A DNA stretch of 64,000 nucleotides from an uncultured Rhodospirillaceae bacterium. GTDB lineage: Bacteria > Pseudomonadota > Alphaproteobacteria > UBA6615. The position numbers were made by a program, and so were the translations under genes. The notes under the pieces are model-generated. The model had not been told where the DNA came from, made no database searches, and saw nothing but the letters and a program-made list of their open reading frames with translations. The DNA is taken from NCBI GenBank assembly GCA_964530225.1, contig CAZHBA010000104.1:15178-79177 (forward strand), read 5' to 3'. Below, piece after piece: positions 1 through 8,855 of this stretch; position 1 is the stretch's first letter; the number at the start of each line of letters is the position of its first letter.

Positions 1-1
1 C

Positions 2-436
2 TCGGTGGGGTGCTGCCGCTATCTCGAGGAAGCCTACCCCGAGCCGCCGCTGATGGGCCGCAATGCGGTTGAGAGGGCCATCGTTGCCGACATGGAATGG
101 CGCATGGAAATCGACGGCTTCATGGCGGCGGGCGAGGCCTTGCGCAATCATGCCAAACGCCTGGAAAATCGGGCGATGGTCGGCCCTGACAACTATGCGC
201 AAATTCCCGAGCTCGCCGAGCGCGGCCGTCAGCGGGTGGCGCGTTTCCTGGAGAGGCTCGACACCATCCTGGCAACACGCAAATTTGTCGCCGGCGAGGC
301 GTTTTCCATCGCCGACATCACCGCCTACTGCACCACCGACTTCGCCAAGTGGGCGAAAGTGGAAATGCCCGAAGATGCGCCTAACCTGCAGCGCTGGTTC
401 GCCGCCATCGATGAGCGTCCAAGCGCCACGGTATAG
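2..436 (+). CDS. Glutathione S-transferase, C-terminal domain; 5'-partial, continues upstream of the window
   Basis: Open frame from the window edge (first in-frame codon GTG at 5). Alpha-helical GST C-terminal-domain-like sequence (…FVAGEAFSIADITAYCTTDFAKWAKVEM…). The N-terminal thioredoxin-like half is missing because the ORF runs off the window. Confidence 0.55.
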   Translation, partial: SVGCCRYLEEAYPEPPLMGRNAVERAIVADMEWRMEIDGFMAAGEALRNHAKRLENRAMVGPDNYAQIPELAERGRQRVARFLERLDTILATRKFVAGEAFSIADITAYCTTDFAKWAKVEMPEDAPNLQRWFAAIDERPSATV

Positions 437-698
437 GAAGCGCTGTGCGAGGCCATTCCAATCCATACCGATCCCCTGAAACTAGTGGTATCCGAACCCA
501 TAAAGGGCGACGGCGGTACACAGGACACTGACCTATTGGATGGTCTGCAAAAAGTTTTGCCGGTCCACGGTGCCAGCACCTCCTAACGCCCGAGACCTGC
601 AACACGGCATACGGCTCTACCGCCTTGCATTGGGGTAGCGAACTCGGCAAACTTCCCCGGCGCTCGCTGACGAGCGCCTTAATTTTGAGGGAAGTTAC

Positions 699-1160
699 AT
701 GACTTATCTGACAAAACTATTAGCGGGCCTTGCCGTGGTTACGATTCTGGCGCTGAACGGAGTCGCTGCGACGGCGCACGTCGCTACGACGGCGCACAAC
801 CACAAAACAGCAACAATAACCAAGAAGGTACTCGGCCAGCACTTGAAGGTGTTCGTCGAGGGTAACGTCGCCGCCATCATGGCCAATTACGCCGCCGATG
901 CAGTGTTCATCACGCAGGCCGGCGTACTGCGCGGCCGCGATCAGATCCGCCCCATTTTCGAGGGACTAGTTGCCGAGTTTGGCAAGCCGGGTACATCGTT
1001 CGAGATGATCCAGCAGGTCATCGATGGCAACCTCGCCTACATCGTCTGGAAAGCCGAGACCGCCGATAACGTTTACGAAATTGGCACCGATACTTTCGTG
1101 GTACGCAACGGCAAAATCGTTCAGCAGACCCTCGCCGCTAAAATTACACCAAAGTTGTAA
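699..1160 (+). CDS. Secreted SnoaL/NTF2-like (DUF4440-like) protein
   Basis: 153-aa ORF with a GAGGGA RBS 8 nt upstream. N-terminal hydrophobic signal peptide (LLAGLAVVTILALNGVAA). The mature part has an NTF2/SnoaL-like pattern (…VAAIMANYAADAVFI…GNLAYIVWKAE…). Confidence 0.6.
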   Translation: MTYLTKLLAGLAVVTILALNGVAATAHVATTAHNHKTATITKKVLGQHLKVFVEGNVAAIMANYAADAVFITQAGVLRGRDQIRPIFEGLVAEFGKPGTSFEMIQQVIDGNLAYIVWKAETADNVYEIGTDTFVVRNGKIVQQTLAAKITPKL

Positions 1161-1242
1161 GCGCCAGCGCTTCACGAAACCCCAAGGTTTCACCCCGAAC
1201 AGGTAGGCAGACTACTGCCGTCTGTTCGCGGTAAAGTGCCCC

Positions 1243-1821
1243 ATGCCCGATGGCCTTAAAATTTGCGCCGTGTCCCGCGTCGAATTCGACACGACGATTG
1301 AGTGGGCTACAAACGAGGGATGGAACCCGGGCCTAGACGGTGATGGCCTCAAGACTTGGCAGGTCAGCATGGCCCAACTCGGCGAGCGGGTCATCGGTCT
1401 CGACGGGGTTATCGACCAACAGGCCAATTATTGGAAATTGGGTTTCAAGCTCGCCCACCGCAATGTGCGCTATAGTGGCGACGTCGCTTGCGAGCCACCG
1501 ACCGATACGAAATTACGCCGCATCAACGGGCGTTAACAGACGCAATCCTGGACTATGACGCAGCGTTCTTTCCGGTACCCCGGTAAACTTTTCTGCGCCA
1601 GTGGATTACGCCGCAGGAAACCCGGTCGGGCTTTGCCCTGGTCAACGATGGCGCTCTCACCGACTATGGCATTATTCGCCAGTGCGGCGACGGCCGTAAG
1701 ATCGGCCCGCTTTTCGCCGACAACGAAAACGATGTCGATTTGCTGTTTCGCGCCCTGGCCAGCACCAATGGCGATCCACCCAGCCTACCGTCGGCGCAAA
1801 CCTTTGGCATCACCACGTTAG
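1243..1821 (+). pseudogene. Decayed GNAT-YitH family N-acetyltransferase gene (internal deletion, frame change and in-frame stop)
   Basis: Frame 1 (1243-1536) encodes MPDGLKICAVSRVEFDTTIEWATNEGWNPGL…IGLDGVIDQQANYWKLGFKLAHRNVRYSG, which are the ends of a GNAT core with roughly 50 aa of the core missing. The C-terminal YitH-like domain (LDYDAAFFPVPR / FLRQWITPQETRSGFALVNDGALTDYGIIRQCGDGRKIGPLFADNENDVDLLFRAL…) continues in frame 3 from about 1548. It is interrupted by a TAA at 1584-1586. Confidence 0.6.
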
Positions 1822-1847
1822 AACTCGGCTGACCCGGACGGCGTCGT

Positions 1848-2228
1848 TCAACCTTCGATGGGCGTATCACCGCGCGGCGGCAGGGGCGGGCTGTAGAGCA
1901 CCAACAGTTTCAGCGGCGCCTCGCCGCTATTGACAATCAAGTGATCAACTCGGGGCGGAATTTCCACCACCGCACCGGGCCCACATGTCACCGGCGCGTC
2001 ATCACCAAAGGTTACCGCCATCTCACCCTCGAGCACGTAGCAGACCTGGCTCTCGACCTCGTGGCGGTGGTACTCGGCTCTGCCGCCCGGCTCGAGGGTG
2101 CCGTGCACCAGCTCGAAGGTCCCGCAGAAATCCTTGTCAACCAGACGCCGGTTGACGGTGCCACTATGGCCGGGCGGCCCGTAGCAGCCGAAGTCGACGA
2201 GGTTTCGGATTGATGCGGCTCTGGTCAT
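1848..2228 (-). CDS. Cupin domain protein
   Basis: C-terminal 127 aa of the 249-aa minus ORF, starting at ATG 2228 (MTRAASIRN…). Cupin motifs G(X)5HXH…E (RAEYHRHEVESQVCYVLEGE) and a second His (PPRVDH). The upstream 120 aa of the ORF are low-complexity and probably not translated. Confidence 0.6.
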   Translation of the reverse strand: MTRAASIRNLVDFGCYGPPGHSGTVNRRLVDKDFCGTFELVHGTLEPGGRAEYHRHEVESQVCYVLEGEMAVTFGDDAPVTCGPGAVVEIPPRVDHLIVNSGEAPLKLLVLYSPPLPPRGDTPIEG

Positions 2229-2387
2229 TGCCTTGAAATCCTTTCGCGGAACGTCGTCTACAGGGCGCAAATTTTTGTTCCGCTTCTGCCCCGCCGATTG
2301 ATCCAGGTCAAGACTTAGCGACCCCAGGTACGACAATGTTTCTGCTGAGGCTGACAATGTGTTTGCCGGAGTCTGTGGCCCCGACAA

Positions 2388-3017
2388 TTGAGGGCAGATG
2401 TGATTAATTTTACTGCCATTGCTGGGGCAGAGGTGGCACGTGAGCCGTTTCAGTTTTTTGCCGCGCCCGACGTGCTGAATGAAGCAGACCTGGCTGCGGT
2501 CAGAGCAGATTTTCCCGATATCCGTAAGCCCGGTATCTTTCCGCTCTCGGTGCTTGCCTACGGGCCGGCCTTCGCCCAGCTGGTCGAAGACATCCAAAGC
2601 CAGGAAATGGCAGACGTCATGGCGCGGAAATATGGCTCCGACCTTTCAGACAAACCGTTAATGATTACAGTGCGCGGCCAGGCGCGAAAAAGGGATGGCC
2701 GCATCCATACCGATACAGAGACCAAAATCGTCACCTGCCTGCTTTATCTCAACGACACTTGGGATGATGGCGATGGCCGTCTGCGCATGCTGCGGGACCC
2801 TAACGACCTCGATGATTTTGCCGCGGAGATTCCACCGCACGGCGGCACCCTGGCCTCGTTCCTGCGCTCCGAGAATTCCTGGCATGGACACGAGCCCTTT
2901 AAGGGCGAACGGCGCTACGTGATGTTCAATTGGATGGCCTCGGTCGCCGCCCTGAAGCGTGAACTCGGCCGCCACCGCTTCTCGGCAAGGGTCAAACAGT
3001 TCAATCCATTTACCTAG
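2388..3017 (+). CDS. 2OG-Fe(II) oxygenase superfamily protein (start uncertain: TTG 2388 or GTG 2400)
   Basis: HxD…H iron-binding triad (RIHTDTE … SWHGHEPF). Paralog of the next gene, sharing the HTD / (S/T)WHG pattern and overall length. Confidence 0.6.
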   Translation: MRADVINFTAIAGAEVAREPFQFFAAPDVLNEADLAAVRADFPDIRKPGIFPLSVLAYGPAFAQLVEDIQSQEMADVMARKYGSDLSDKPLMITVRGQARKRDGRIHTDTETKIVTCLLYLNDTWDDGDGRLRMLRDPNDLDDFAAEIPPHGGTLASFLRSENSWHGHEPFKGERRYVMFNWMASVAALKRELGRHRFSARVKQFNPFT

Positions 3018-3055
3018 GAGCCGGTTGCGTAAATGCGCACACGAAGGAGACAAAT

Positions 3056-3730
3056 ATGGGTCAGTCCTTAAAGGCCGCCCCGGTTAAGCCAACATCATCG
3101 GAGCCAGTGGCCAAGTCATTCTTATCCTGCCTGCAACGCGCGCAGCACGAGACATGGCCGTTCGACTATTGGCTCTTGGACAAACCACTCCCCGTTGGCA
3201 CCTGCGACGACATTGTCGCGCTTCCTTTCCCACCGCCGGAGGGGGCGCTGTTCAATGGCAAGCGCGAAACTAACAATGCCATGCGGGTTTATTTCACGCC
3301 CGAGAACCAGGAAAAGTTCCCGGTTTGCCGCCGCGTGGTCGAAGGCTTCCAAGATCAGGTCGTAAAAAAGACTATTGAAGAAGTCACCGGCACGGACCTC
3401 TCCGACGGCCACCTGAGAATCGAATACTGCCAGGACACAGAAGGGTTCTGGCTGGAGCCCCACACCGATATTTTCGTGAAGAAATTCACTATGCTGGTTT
3501 ACCTGACCGATGATGCCAACCTGACAAAAGCTGGCACTAACATCCTGGAAGGACCGCCGGAGCACAGATATGTCGGCTCGGCGCCTTACGCAAAAAACAA
3601 GGGTGTGATCTTCATCCCCGGCGAAAACACGTGGCACGGCGTCGGCCACCATCCGGTCGAAGGTACCCGCAGGTCGATCATCATCAACTATGTGACGCCG
3701 GATTGGCGAGATAAATGGGAACTGGCTTAA
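3056..3730 (+). CDS. 2OG-Fe(II) oxygenase superfamily protein (tandem paralog)
   Basis: 224-aa ORF with an AAGGAG RBS. HTD…H triad (EPHTDIFVKK … NTWHGVGHHP). Architecture matches the upstream gene. Confidence 0.6.
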   Translation: MGQSLKAAPVKPTSSEPVAKSFLSCLQRAQHETWPFDYWLLDKPLPVGTCDDIVALPFPPPEGALFNGKRETNNAMRVYFTPENQEKFPVCRRVVEGFQDQVVKKTIEEVTGTDLSDGHLRIEYCQDTEGFWLEPHTDIFVKKFTMLVYLTDDANLTKAGTNILEGPPEHRYVGSAPYAKNKGVIFIPGENTWHGVGHHPVEGTRRSIIINYVTPDWRDKWELA

Positions 3731-3785
3731 ATCGCTGCAGGCCGGGGAACGCGACCAACATAATTCAGCTCAAGAGTGAAATACC

Positions 3786-4991
3786 GTGCACACATTATCA
3801 CCGGGAAAAGATTATGACGTGACCATCGTCGGGGCCGGACCCGCTGGTTTGAGTTTTGCCCGATCACTGGCGACGACAGGATTGCAGATTGCGGTCGTTG
3901 AACAGTTGCCGCAGAATGTTCTTGCAGATCCGCCGGTAGACGGTCGCGAGATCGCGCTTACCCACCTGTCCGTTGAGATATTGAAGAAACTGGGCGCTTG
4001 GCCGCGCATCCCTGTCGATGCAGTTTCCAAAATCAGGGAAGCCAGGGTGGTGAACGGTAGGTCTTCTTATTTCCTGCACTTCGAGCCTGGCGGTAACCGC
4101 AAAGAAGCGCTGGGCTACATAGTACCGAACCATCTCATTCGGAAGGCCGTCTACGAGACGCTGGATGGTTTCACTAACGTGAGCCTTATGACCGCTGTCG
4201 AGGTACAGTCGGTCAGCACTGACCGCCACGGTGCCTCTGCACACCTATCGGATGGCCAAACACTACGAAGCGCATTGCTGGTCGCCGCCGATAGCCGGTT
4301 TTCCAAGACACGCCGAGATTTAGGGATCTCCGCAGACATGCACGATTTTGGTAGAACGGCAGTCGTGTGCCGGATGGCGCACGATAAACCACACACCGAT
4401 ATCGCATATGAGTGCTTCCACTATGCCCAAACATTGGCCGTGCTACCGCTTGTCGGGGACCTCTCGTCCATCGTGATCACACTATCTACGGATATGGCCG
4501 ATATTGTGATGAACATGGGCGAAGATGCCTTCAACAGCGACGTTGAACAACGTTTCGAAAGCCGTCTAGGTAGAATGAAATTGGTCGGTAGCCGCTATGC
4601 TTATCCTCTGGTGGCAGTGCATGCGAACAGATTTACCGCCCATCGATTTGCGCTAATCGGCGATGCTGCCGTAGGCATGCATCCGGTCACGGCACATGGA
4701 TTCAATCTCGGTCTGCGGGGACAGGACACCCTGGCTAACGAAATCGCCACAACTCTGAGCAGACATGGCGACATTGCCTCACCAACAGTGTTGCAGCGTT
4801 ACCATGCCAAACATCGGCGTGTGACCAGACCCCTATATCTCGCAACCAACAGCATCGTGCAGCTCTACACGCGCGATGATTTGCCGGCCCGGATCGTAAG
4901 GGGCGCGGTGCTGAGACTGGGCAATCGTATACGGCCAGTAAAACACGTAATCGTAGAGCAGCTGATGGAAACCAGGGCGCTACCGAATTGA
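3786..4991 (+). CDS. FAD-dependent monooxygenase, UbiH/UbiF/COQ6 family
   Basis: GTG start. N-terminal dinucleotide-binding fingerprint DVTIVGAGPAGLSFARSL. Internal GD motif FALIGDAAVGMHPVTAHGFNLGLRG, typical of ubiquinone-pathway-type flavin hydroxylases. 401 aa. Confidence 0.75.
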   Translation: MHTLSPGKDYDVTIVGAGPAGLSFARSLATTGLQIAVVEQLPQNVLADPPVDGREIALTHLSVEILKKLGAWPRIPVDAVSKIREARVVNGRSSYFLHFEPGGNRKEALGYIVPNHLIRKAVYETLDGFTNVSLMTAVEVQSVSTDRHGASAHLSDGQTLRSALLVAADSRFSKTRRDLGISADMHDFGRTAVVCRMAHDKPHTDIAYECFHYAQTLAVLPLVGDLSSIVITLSTDMADIVMNMGEDAFNSDVEQRFESRLGRMKLVGSRYAYPLVAVHANRFTAHRFALIGDAAVGMHPVTAHGFNLGLRGQDTLANEIATTLSRHGDIASPTVLQRYHAKHRRVTRPLYLATNSIVQLYTRDDLPARIVRGAVLRLGNRIRPVKHVIVEQLMETRALPN

Positions 4992-5099
4992 TCCAGGTCA
5001 AAATATTGCGAATCTAGGTGTCGCAATCTTTCTGCCTAAACTGACAGCATGTCCGCTGGAGACCGTGACGCGACTCTTTGGGCTTTGGCTGTTGGAACA

Positions 5100-5438
5100 A
5101 TGCGGAGGAAGCTAACATTGCCCAAGGTCACGTTCGTCACGGCTGACGGTGCGCGCAACGAGGTCGTAGCCAAGAACGGGGAGACCCTGCTCAAAGCAGC
5201 CCACCACGCAAAAGTGAATGTCGAGGGCGCATGTGACGGCTCGCTGGCGTGCTCGACCTGCCACGTGCTCGTCGACGACACCCATTTCGGCACCTTGCCC
5301 GAACTACGGGAGGACGAAGCCGACATGCTTGACCTCGCCTTCGGTCGCGGTCCAACCTCGCGGCTGGCCTGCCAGATCGTGATCACCGACAAACTCGACG
5401 GCATGGCCGCCGTCGTTCCGAAGCCGTTCGATATCTGA
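5100..5438 (+). CDS. 2Fe-2S ferredoxin, adrenodoxin/FdxB type
   Basis: Cys ligand pattern CDGSLACSTCH…(35 aa)…C (CxxxxxCxxC…C) and PKVTFV…NGETLL. ATG 5100 (MRRKLTLPKVTFV) preferred over the upstream ATG 5049, giving the usual ~112 aa. Confidence 0.75.
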   Translation: MRRKLTLPKVTFVTADGARNEVVAKNGETLLKAAHHAKVNVEGACDGSLACSTCHVLVDDTHFGTLPELREDEADMLDLAFGRGPTSRLACQIVITDKLDGMAAVVPKPFDI

Positions 5439-5477
5439 CTGCCGCATCGGAGAGCAGACAAGAGGGAGGAAAAGAAC

Positions 5478-6314
5478 ATGCCACATTGGACCGACTTCGG
5501 CGTCTGGCAGGCAGAAGATATCCATTGGGACCGCTTCGATTCGTCGCGCGTCGACCTCGACCTCGTCAAGTTGGTCAAGGCGGCGAGCCTGGTCGAGCAC
5601 AACGCGCCGGTCTACGCCAAATACATGTGCAACGTATTCCACGATGATCCGGGTTTTGCCAAACTGGCCAGGGACTGGGCGGACGAGGAGGTCAAACACG
5701 GCAAGACGCTGGCCCGTTATGCCAAGCTCGCAGATCCCGAATTCGACTTCGACACTGCCTTCAAACGCTATACCGACGGTTTTCAGGTGCCGGTCGAAGT
5801 AAGCGAATCGGTGCGCGGTTCGCTGACTGGTGAAATCCTGGCGCGTTGCGTCGTGGAGACCGGCACCAGTTCCCACTACACGGCGATCCGACGGGTAACC
5901 AACGAGCCGGTCCTCGAGGAGCTATGCCGCAACCTGGCGGCCGACGAATTGCGCCACTACAAGACCTTCTGGGAGTTCTCCAAACTGCTCCGCGAGAAGG
6001 AGGGCATCGGCCTCGTGAAGCGCGCCCAGGTTGTCATTAACCGGGTTGCCGAAGCCCAGGACGAGGAGCTCGCTTACGCCTTCCATACGGCCAACGAGAA
6101 GTCCGGCGGCTTCAATCACAAACGCTCCAACGAGGCCTATGCGGGGCACCTCTACAAGCTCTATCCGCCCTATCTGGTGGAGCGCTTCGTCGCCATGCTG
6201 TTGAACGTGATCGGCCTCAAGCCACACGGTTGGCTGAGCCAGCGAATCAGCCGGTTAGTGTACCGAAAAATGCAAAAGCGCGCGCGCCGTTTCGCCGCTG
6301 GACAACCAGCGTAG
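5478..6314 (+). CDS. Ferritin-like diiron-carboxylate protein (acyl-ACP-desaturase-like / diiron oxygenase-like)
   Basis: 278 aa with two E-x-x-H motifs ~95 aa apart (WADEEVKHGKT and AADELRHYKTF), as in diiron oxygenases and soluble desaturases. A ferredoxin gene is immediately upstream, and AGGGAGGAAAAG precedes the ATG. Confidence 0.55.
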   Translation: MPHWTDFGVWQAEDIHWDRFDSSRVDLDLVKLVKAASLVEHNAPVYAKYMCNVFHDDPGFAKLARDWADEEVKHGKTLARYAKLADPEFDFDTAFKRYTDGFQVPVEVSESVRGSLTGEILARCVVETGTSSHYTAIRRVTNEPVLEELCRNLAADELRHYKTFWEFSKLLREKEGIGLVKRAQVVINRVAEAQDEELAYAFHTANEKSGGFNHKRSNEAYAGHLYKLYPPYLVERFVAMLLNVIGLKPHGWLSQRISRLVYRKMQKRARRFAAGQPA

Positions 6315-6393
6315 CCGGTTCGGACGAGGTTACTTATAAGCCGGCTATCACCAACTATGTGACATCGGACTGGCGATCGATATTTGCACAAAA

Positions 6394-6429
6394 ATGGTGC
6401 CGCCTGTTGGACTCGAACCTACGATCCTG
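6394..6429 (-). repeat. Partial copy of the tRNA-Thr 3' end (T-arm + acceptor 3' strand); imperfect direct repeat of 9957-9992 and candidate att site
   Basis: ATGGTGCCGCCTGTTGGACTCGAACC is 26/26 identical to 9957-9982, extending to 34/36 with 2 mismatches. It lacks the 5' half of a tRNA, so it cannot fold into a cloverleaf. Confidence 0.7.
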
Positions 6430-6879
6430 TTCCTACCAAAAATCACATCCGGACATAGGCATGATGTAATCCGCCGAGTTCCGGCGACGATGGTGTGAAT
6501 GTAAAGATTTTCATTGCCACCAGCCACATGCTGTCGCCGTACTTCACGCTTTCCTGCTCGATCGCCACCCGATCCAACTTATCGGGTGACGCCATTGCAA
6601 TCCATTTGTTGGTCGATTCGACCAAAAGATCGAAAAAACCAAAAAAACAGTCACGTTCTGTGGCCAATCCTTCTGACATGTCAGTTCCCGCCCATTTTAT
6701 AATTCCCGTGAATTATTTTCTTAATGCAGCGGGTCGTTCGCGTTCAGTACCAACTTCGATTTTGATGTCAGGCGCAGCAGCGATGGTTTCTTGGATGTGG
6801 CACCAATTAACGACGCTCCGAGCAATACGTCGCATGTTTTCAGTAATCGCATCGCTTAACGGCCGCGTTACCAGCGGTA

Positions 6880-7680
6880 TTATCTACCAACAAAGTTGGG
6901 TCTTCGCTTTTCGATGAAGGCCTGTTGAGCCTCTTTCGCATCTTCCGTTCGGGAGATTGCCGCTGTCATATCCTGCTCGTAGCGGTAACCATCGCGCAGT
7001 GTCATGTCCTCGATAGCGTTGAGCGTTTGCTTAGCCAACTTTACGGCCAACGGGCTCTTGGACGCAATGCTCAACGCAAGCTCCATTGCGTTCGCCATCA
7101 ACCTGTCGGGTACGACGCAGTCCTCGATTATCCCCAGACGATACAACTCGCGGGCCGGCACACGGTAGCCCGTCAGCACCATCCGGCGGAGTAGCGAATG
7201 CGAGAACAGACGTTTTGCGTGGCTTGCACCGCCCATGAGGCCAACATCGATCTCCGGTAAACCCAAGCTTGCAGACTCCGAAGCAACAATGACGTCGCAC
7301 GAAGCCACTATTGCCAGTCCCGCGCCCAATGCGTGGCCGTTGACCGCGGCTACGACGGGCTTGGTACATTCGCGGATCGCGTGAAAGCATTCCCGGGTAC
7401 GCCGCGAGTGGGCGGGCAAATCGCCCGGACCCTTGATAACGTCTTTGCGACCCTTAAGATCGGCACCAGCGCAGAACACCTTGCCCGCGCCAGTCAACAC
7501 GACCGAGCGCATCGCCTCGGTCTCGGAGATCACGTCGAGTGTCCGCGTGAGTTCTTCTGATAATGTCCGACTGAGTGCATTCACCGGCGGGAAATTCATC
7601 TCCAGCAGTGCAATGCCCTCCTCGCTGACCGTCACGTTTAGTTGGGTCAAGTTCTTCAATTGGCACATGGACAGAGACAT
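6880..7680 (-). CDS. Enoyl-CoA hydratase/isomerase (crotonase) family protein
   Basis: 266 aa with the crotonase signature (VVLTGAGKVFCAGADLKG … ALGAGLAIVASCDVIVASE). Oxyanion-hole region conserved. Confidence 0.75.
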   Translation of the reverse strand: MSLSMCQLKNLTQLNVTVSEEGIALLEMNFPPVNALSRTLSEELTRTLDVISETEAMRSVVLTGAGKVFCAGADLKGRKDVIKGPGDLPAHSRRTRECFHAIRECTKPVVAAVNGHALGAGLAIVASCDVIVASESASLGLPEIDVGLMGGASHAKRLFSHSLLRRMVLTGYRVPARELYRLGIIEDCVVPDRLMANAMELALSIASKSPLAVKLAKQTLNAIEDMTLRDGYRYEQDMTAAISRTEDAKEAQQAFIEKRRPNFVGR

Positions 7681-7708
7681 CGATTCTACTCCTTAGTAAA
7701 AATACGAT

Positions 7709-8572
7709 TCATACAACGCCGCACTCACGCAGCTGCGCCACTTCGCTGTTCCCGGTGCCGAATTCGGCAAGCACTTCACCGGTATGCTGACTCAATTCGG
7801 GTAGAGGTCGACTGGCGTTACCGTCGCTTTCGCCAAATCGGAATGGGCTCACTACCAGGGGAACTGAGCCGGCGGCCAGAAACTCGTAATTGCGCACCAT
7901 CTCTCGTTGACGCACCTGTGGATCGTTGAGCGCTTTCGGTATCGTATTAATCGGACCGGCCGGAACACCCGCTTCGATCAAGCCTACCAAACACTCAGAA
8001 CGATTTCTGGTTAGTAAGGAGTGCTCAAGTATCGACTGAGGTACCTCCTGATTCCGTACGCGCGCTCCATTTGTACGAAATCGCTCGTCTGACGACAGAT
8101 AGGGCATCTCAGGCACCTTACACAAGCTTGCGAATTGCTGATCGTTGCCGACTATGAGGATAATATCGCCACCACGGCACGAGTATACTTTCTGTGGTTG
8201 AATGTTCGGGTGCGCGTTACCGGTGCGTCGTGGTGCTTTGCCGGTTAACAGCAAATTCATCGCCTGGTTGGAGAGTAAGCTGACGCCCACGTCGAACATC
8301 GCCATGTCAATATACTTGCCTTTGCCAGTGACTACTCGTGCGGCAAGAGCGGCGACAACGGCTGTGGTCGCGTATATACCAGTGACCAGATCGACAATGG
8401 GTATCCCCACCTTCATCGGACCAGCGCTAGGCTGGTCATCTCGTACGCCCGTCACACTCATGAGCCCGCACATCGCTTGAGTTAGGAAGTCGTAGGCGGG
8501 CTGCAGCGCTCGCGGGCCTACCAGGACACGACTGAGATCAAGAACCCTAATGTGCGAAAGTGGCCCTGCCAT
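7709..8572 (-). CDS. Family III (CaiB/BaiF) CoA-transferase, apparently carrying an in-frame internal deletion of ~100-130 aa (possible pseudogene)
   Basis: From ATG 8572 (MAGPLSHIRVLDLSRVLVGPRA) the family N-terminal motif RVLDLSRVLAGPYA runs directly into LQPAYDFLTQAMCGLMSVTG. That sequence (GYDxxxQAxGGLMSxTG) normally lies ~130 residues further in. The rest of the protein is family-like. The upstream in-frame extension to 8818 has no family resemblance. Confidence 0.5.
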   Translation of the reverse strand: MAGPLSHIRVLDLSRVLVGPRALQPAYDFLTQAMCGLMSVTGVRDDQPSAGPMKVGIPIVDLVTGIYATTAVVAALAARVVTGKGKYIDMAMFDVGVSLLSNQAMNLLLTGKAPRRTGNAHPNIQPQKVYSCRGGDIILIVGNDQQFASLCKVPEMPYLSSDERFRTNGARVRNQEVPQSILEHSLLTRNRSECLVGLIEAGVPAGPINTIPKALNDPQVRQREMVRNYEFLAAGSVPLVVSPFRFGESDGNASRPLPELSQHTGEVLAEFGTGNSEVAQLRECGVV

Positions 8573-8855
8573 TCCCAACGCTCCCTCGGGCTGGATACCA
8601 TCCAGCTTGTTTTTCTTTATCGTCCGGCAGTGGGTGAGAATATGTGCAGCAAACGGATTTGCTCCGTTAAGCGCACAGCAAATAATGTGGTCACACAGCA
8701 TCATGATTCTCACTGTCACATCGCCAAACAGCCTCCGTCGACCGACGGCACGGCGCCCGTCACATAACTCAACAGGTACGAGTACCGCAGAACGACCGAA
8801 CCCGCCGGCGTGAGCCAAACTGTAGCCCCGCTATTCGATCTCGAATCACAAACCT

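Noticed and set aside
6495-6917. 140-aa plus-strand ORF in the AT-rich stretch next to the tRNA 3'-end repeat
   Set aside because: Low-complexity, no start context, and it overlaps the crotonase gene 3' end. Treated as non-coding att-flank DNA.
8573-8818. N-terminal 82-aa extension of the CoA-transferase ORF (MAHAGGFGRS…)
   Set aside because: No resemblance to the family. The conserved N-terminal GPL…RVLDLSR motif begins right at the internal ATG 8572, so the extension is an ORF-caller artefact.
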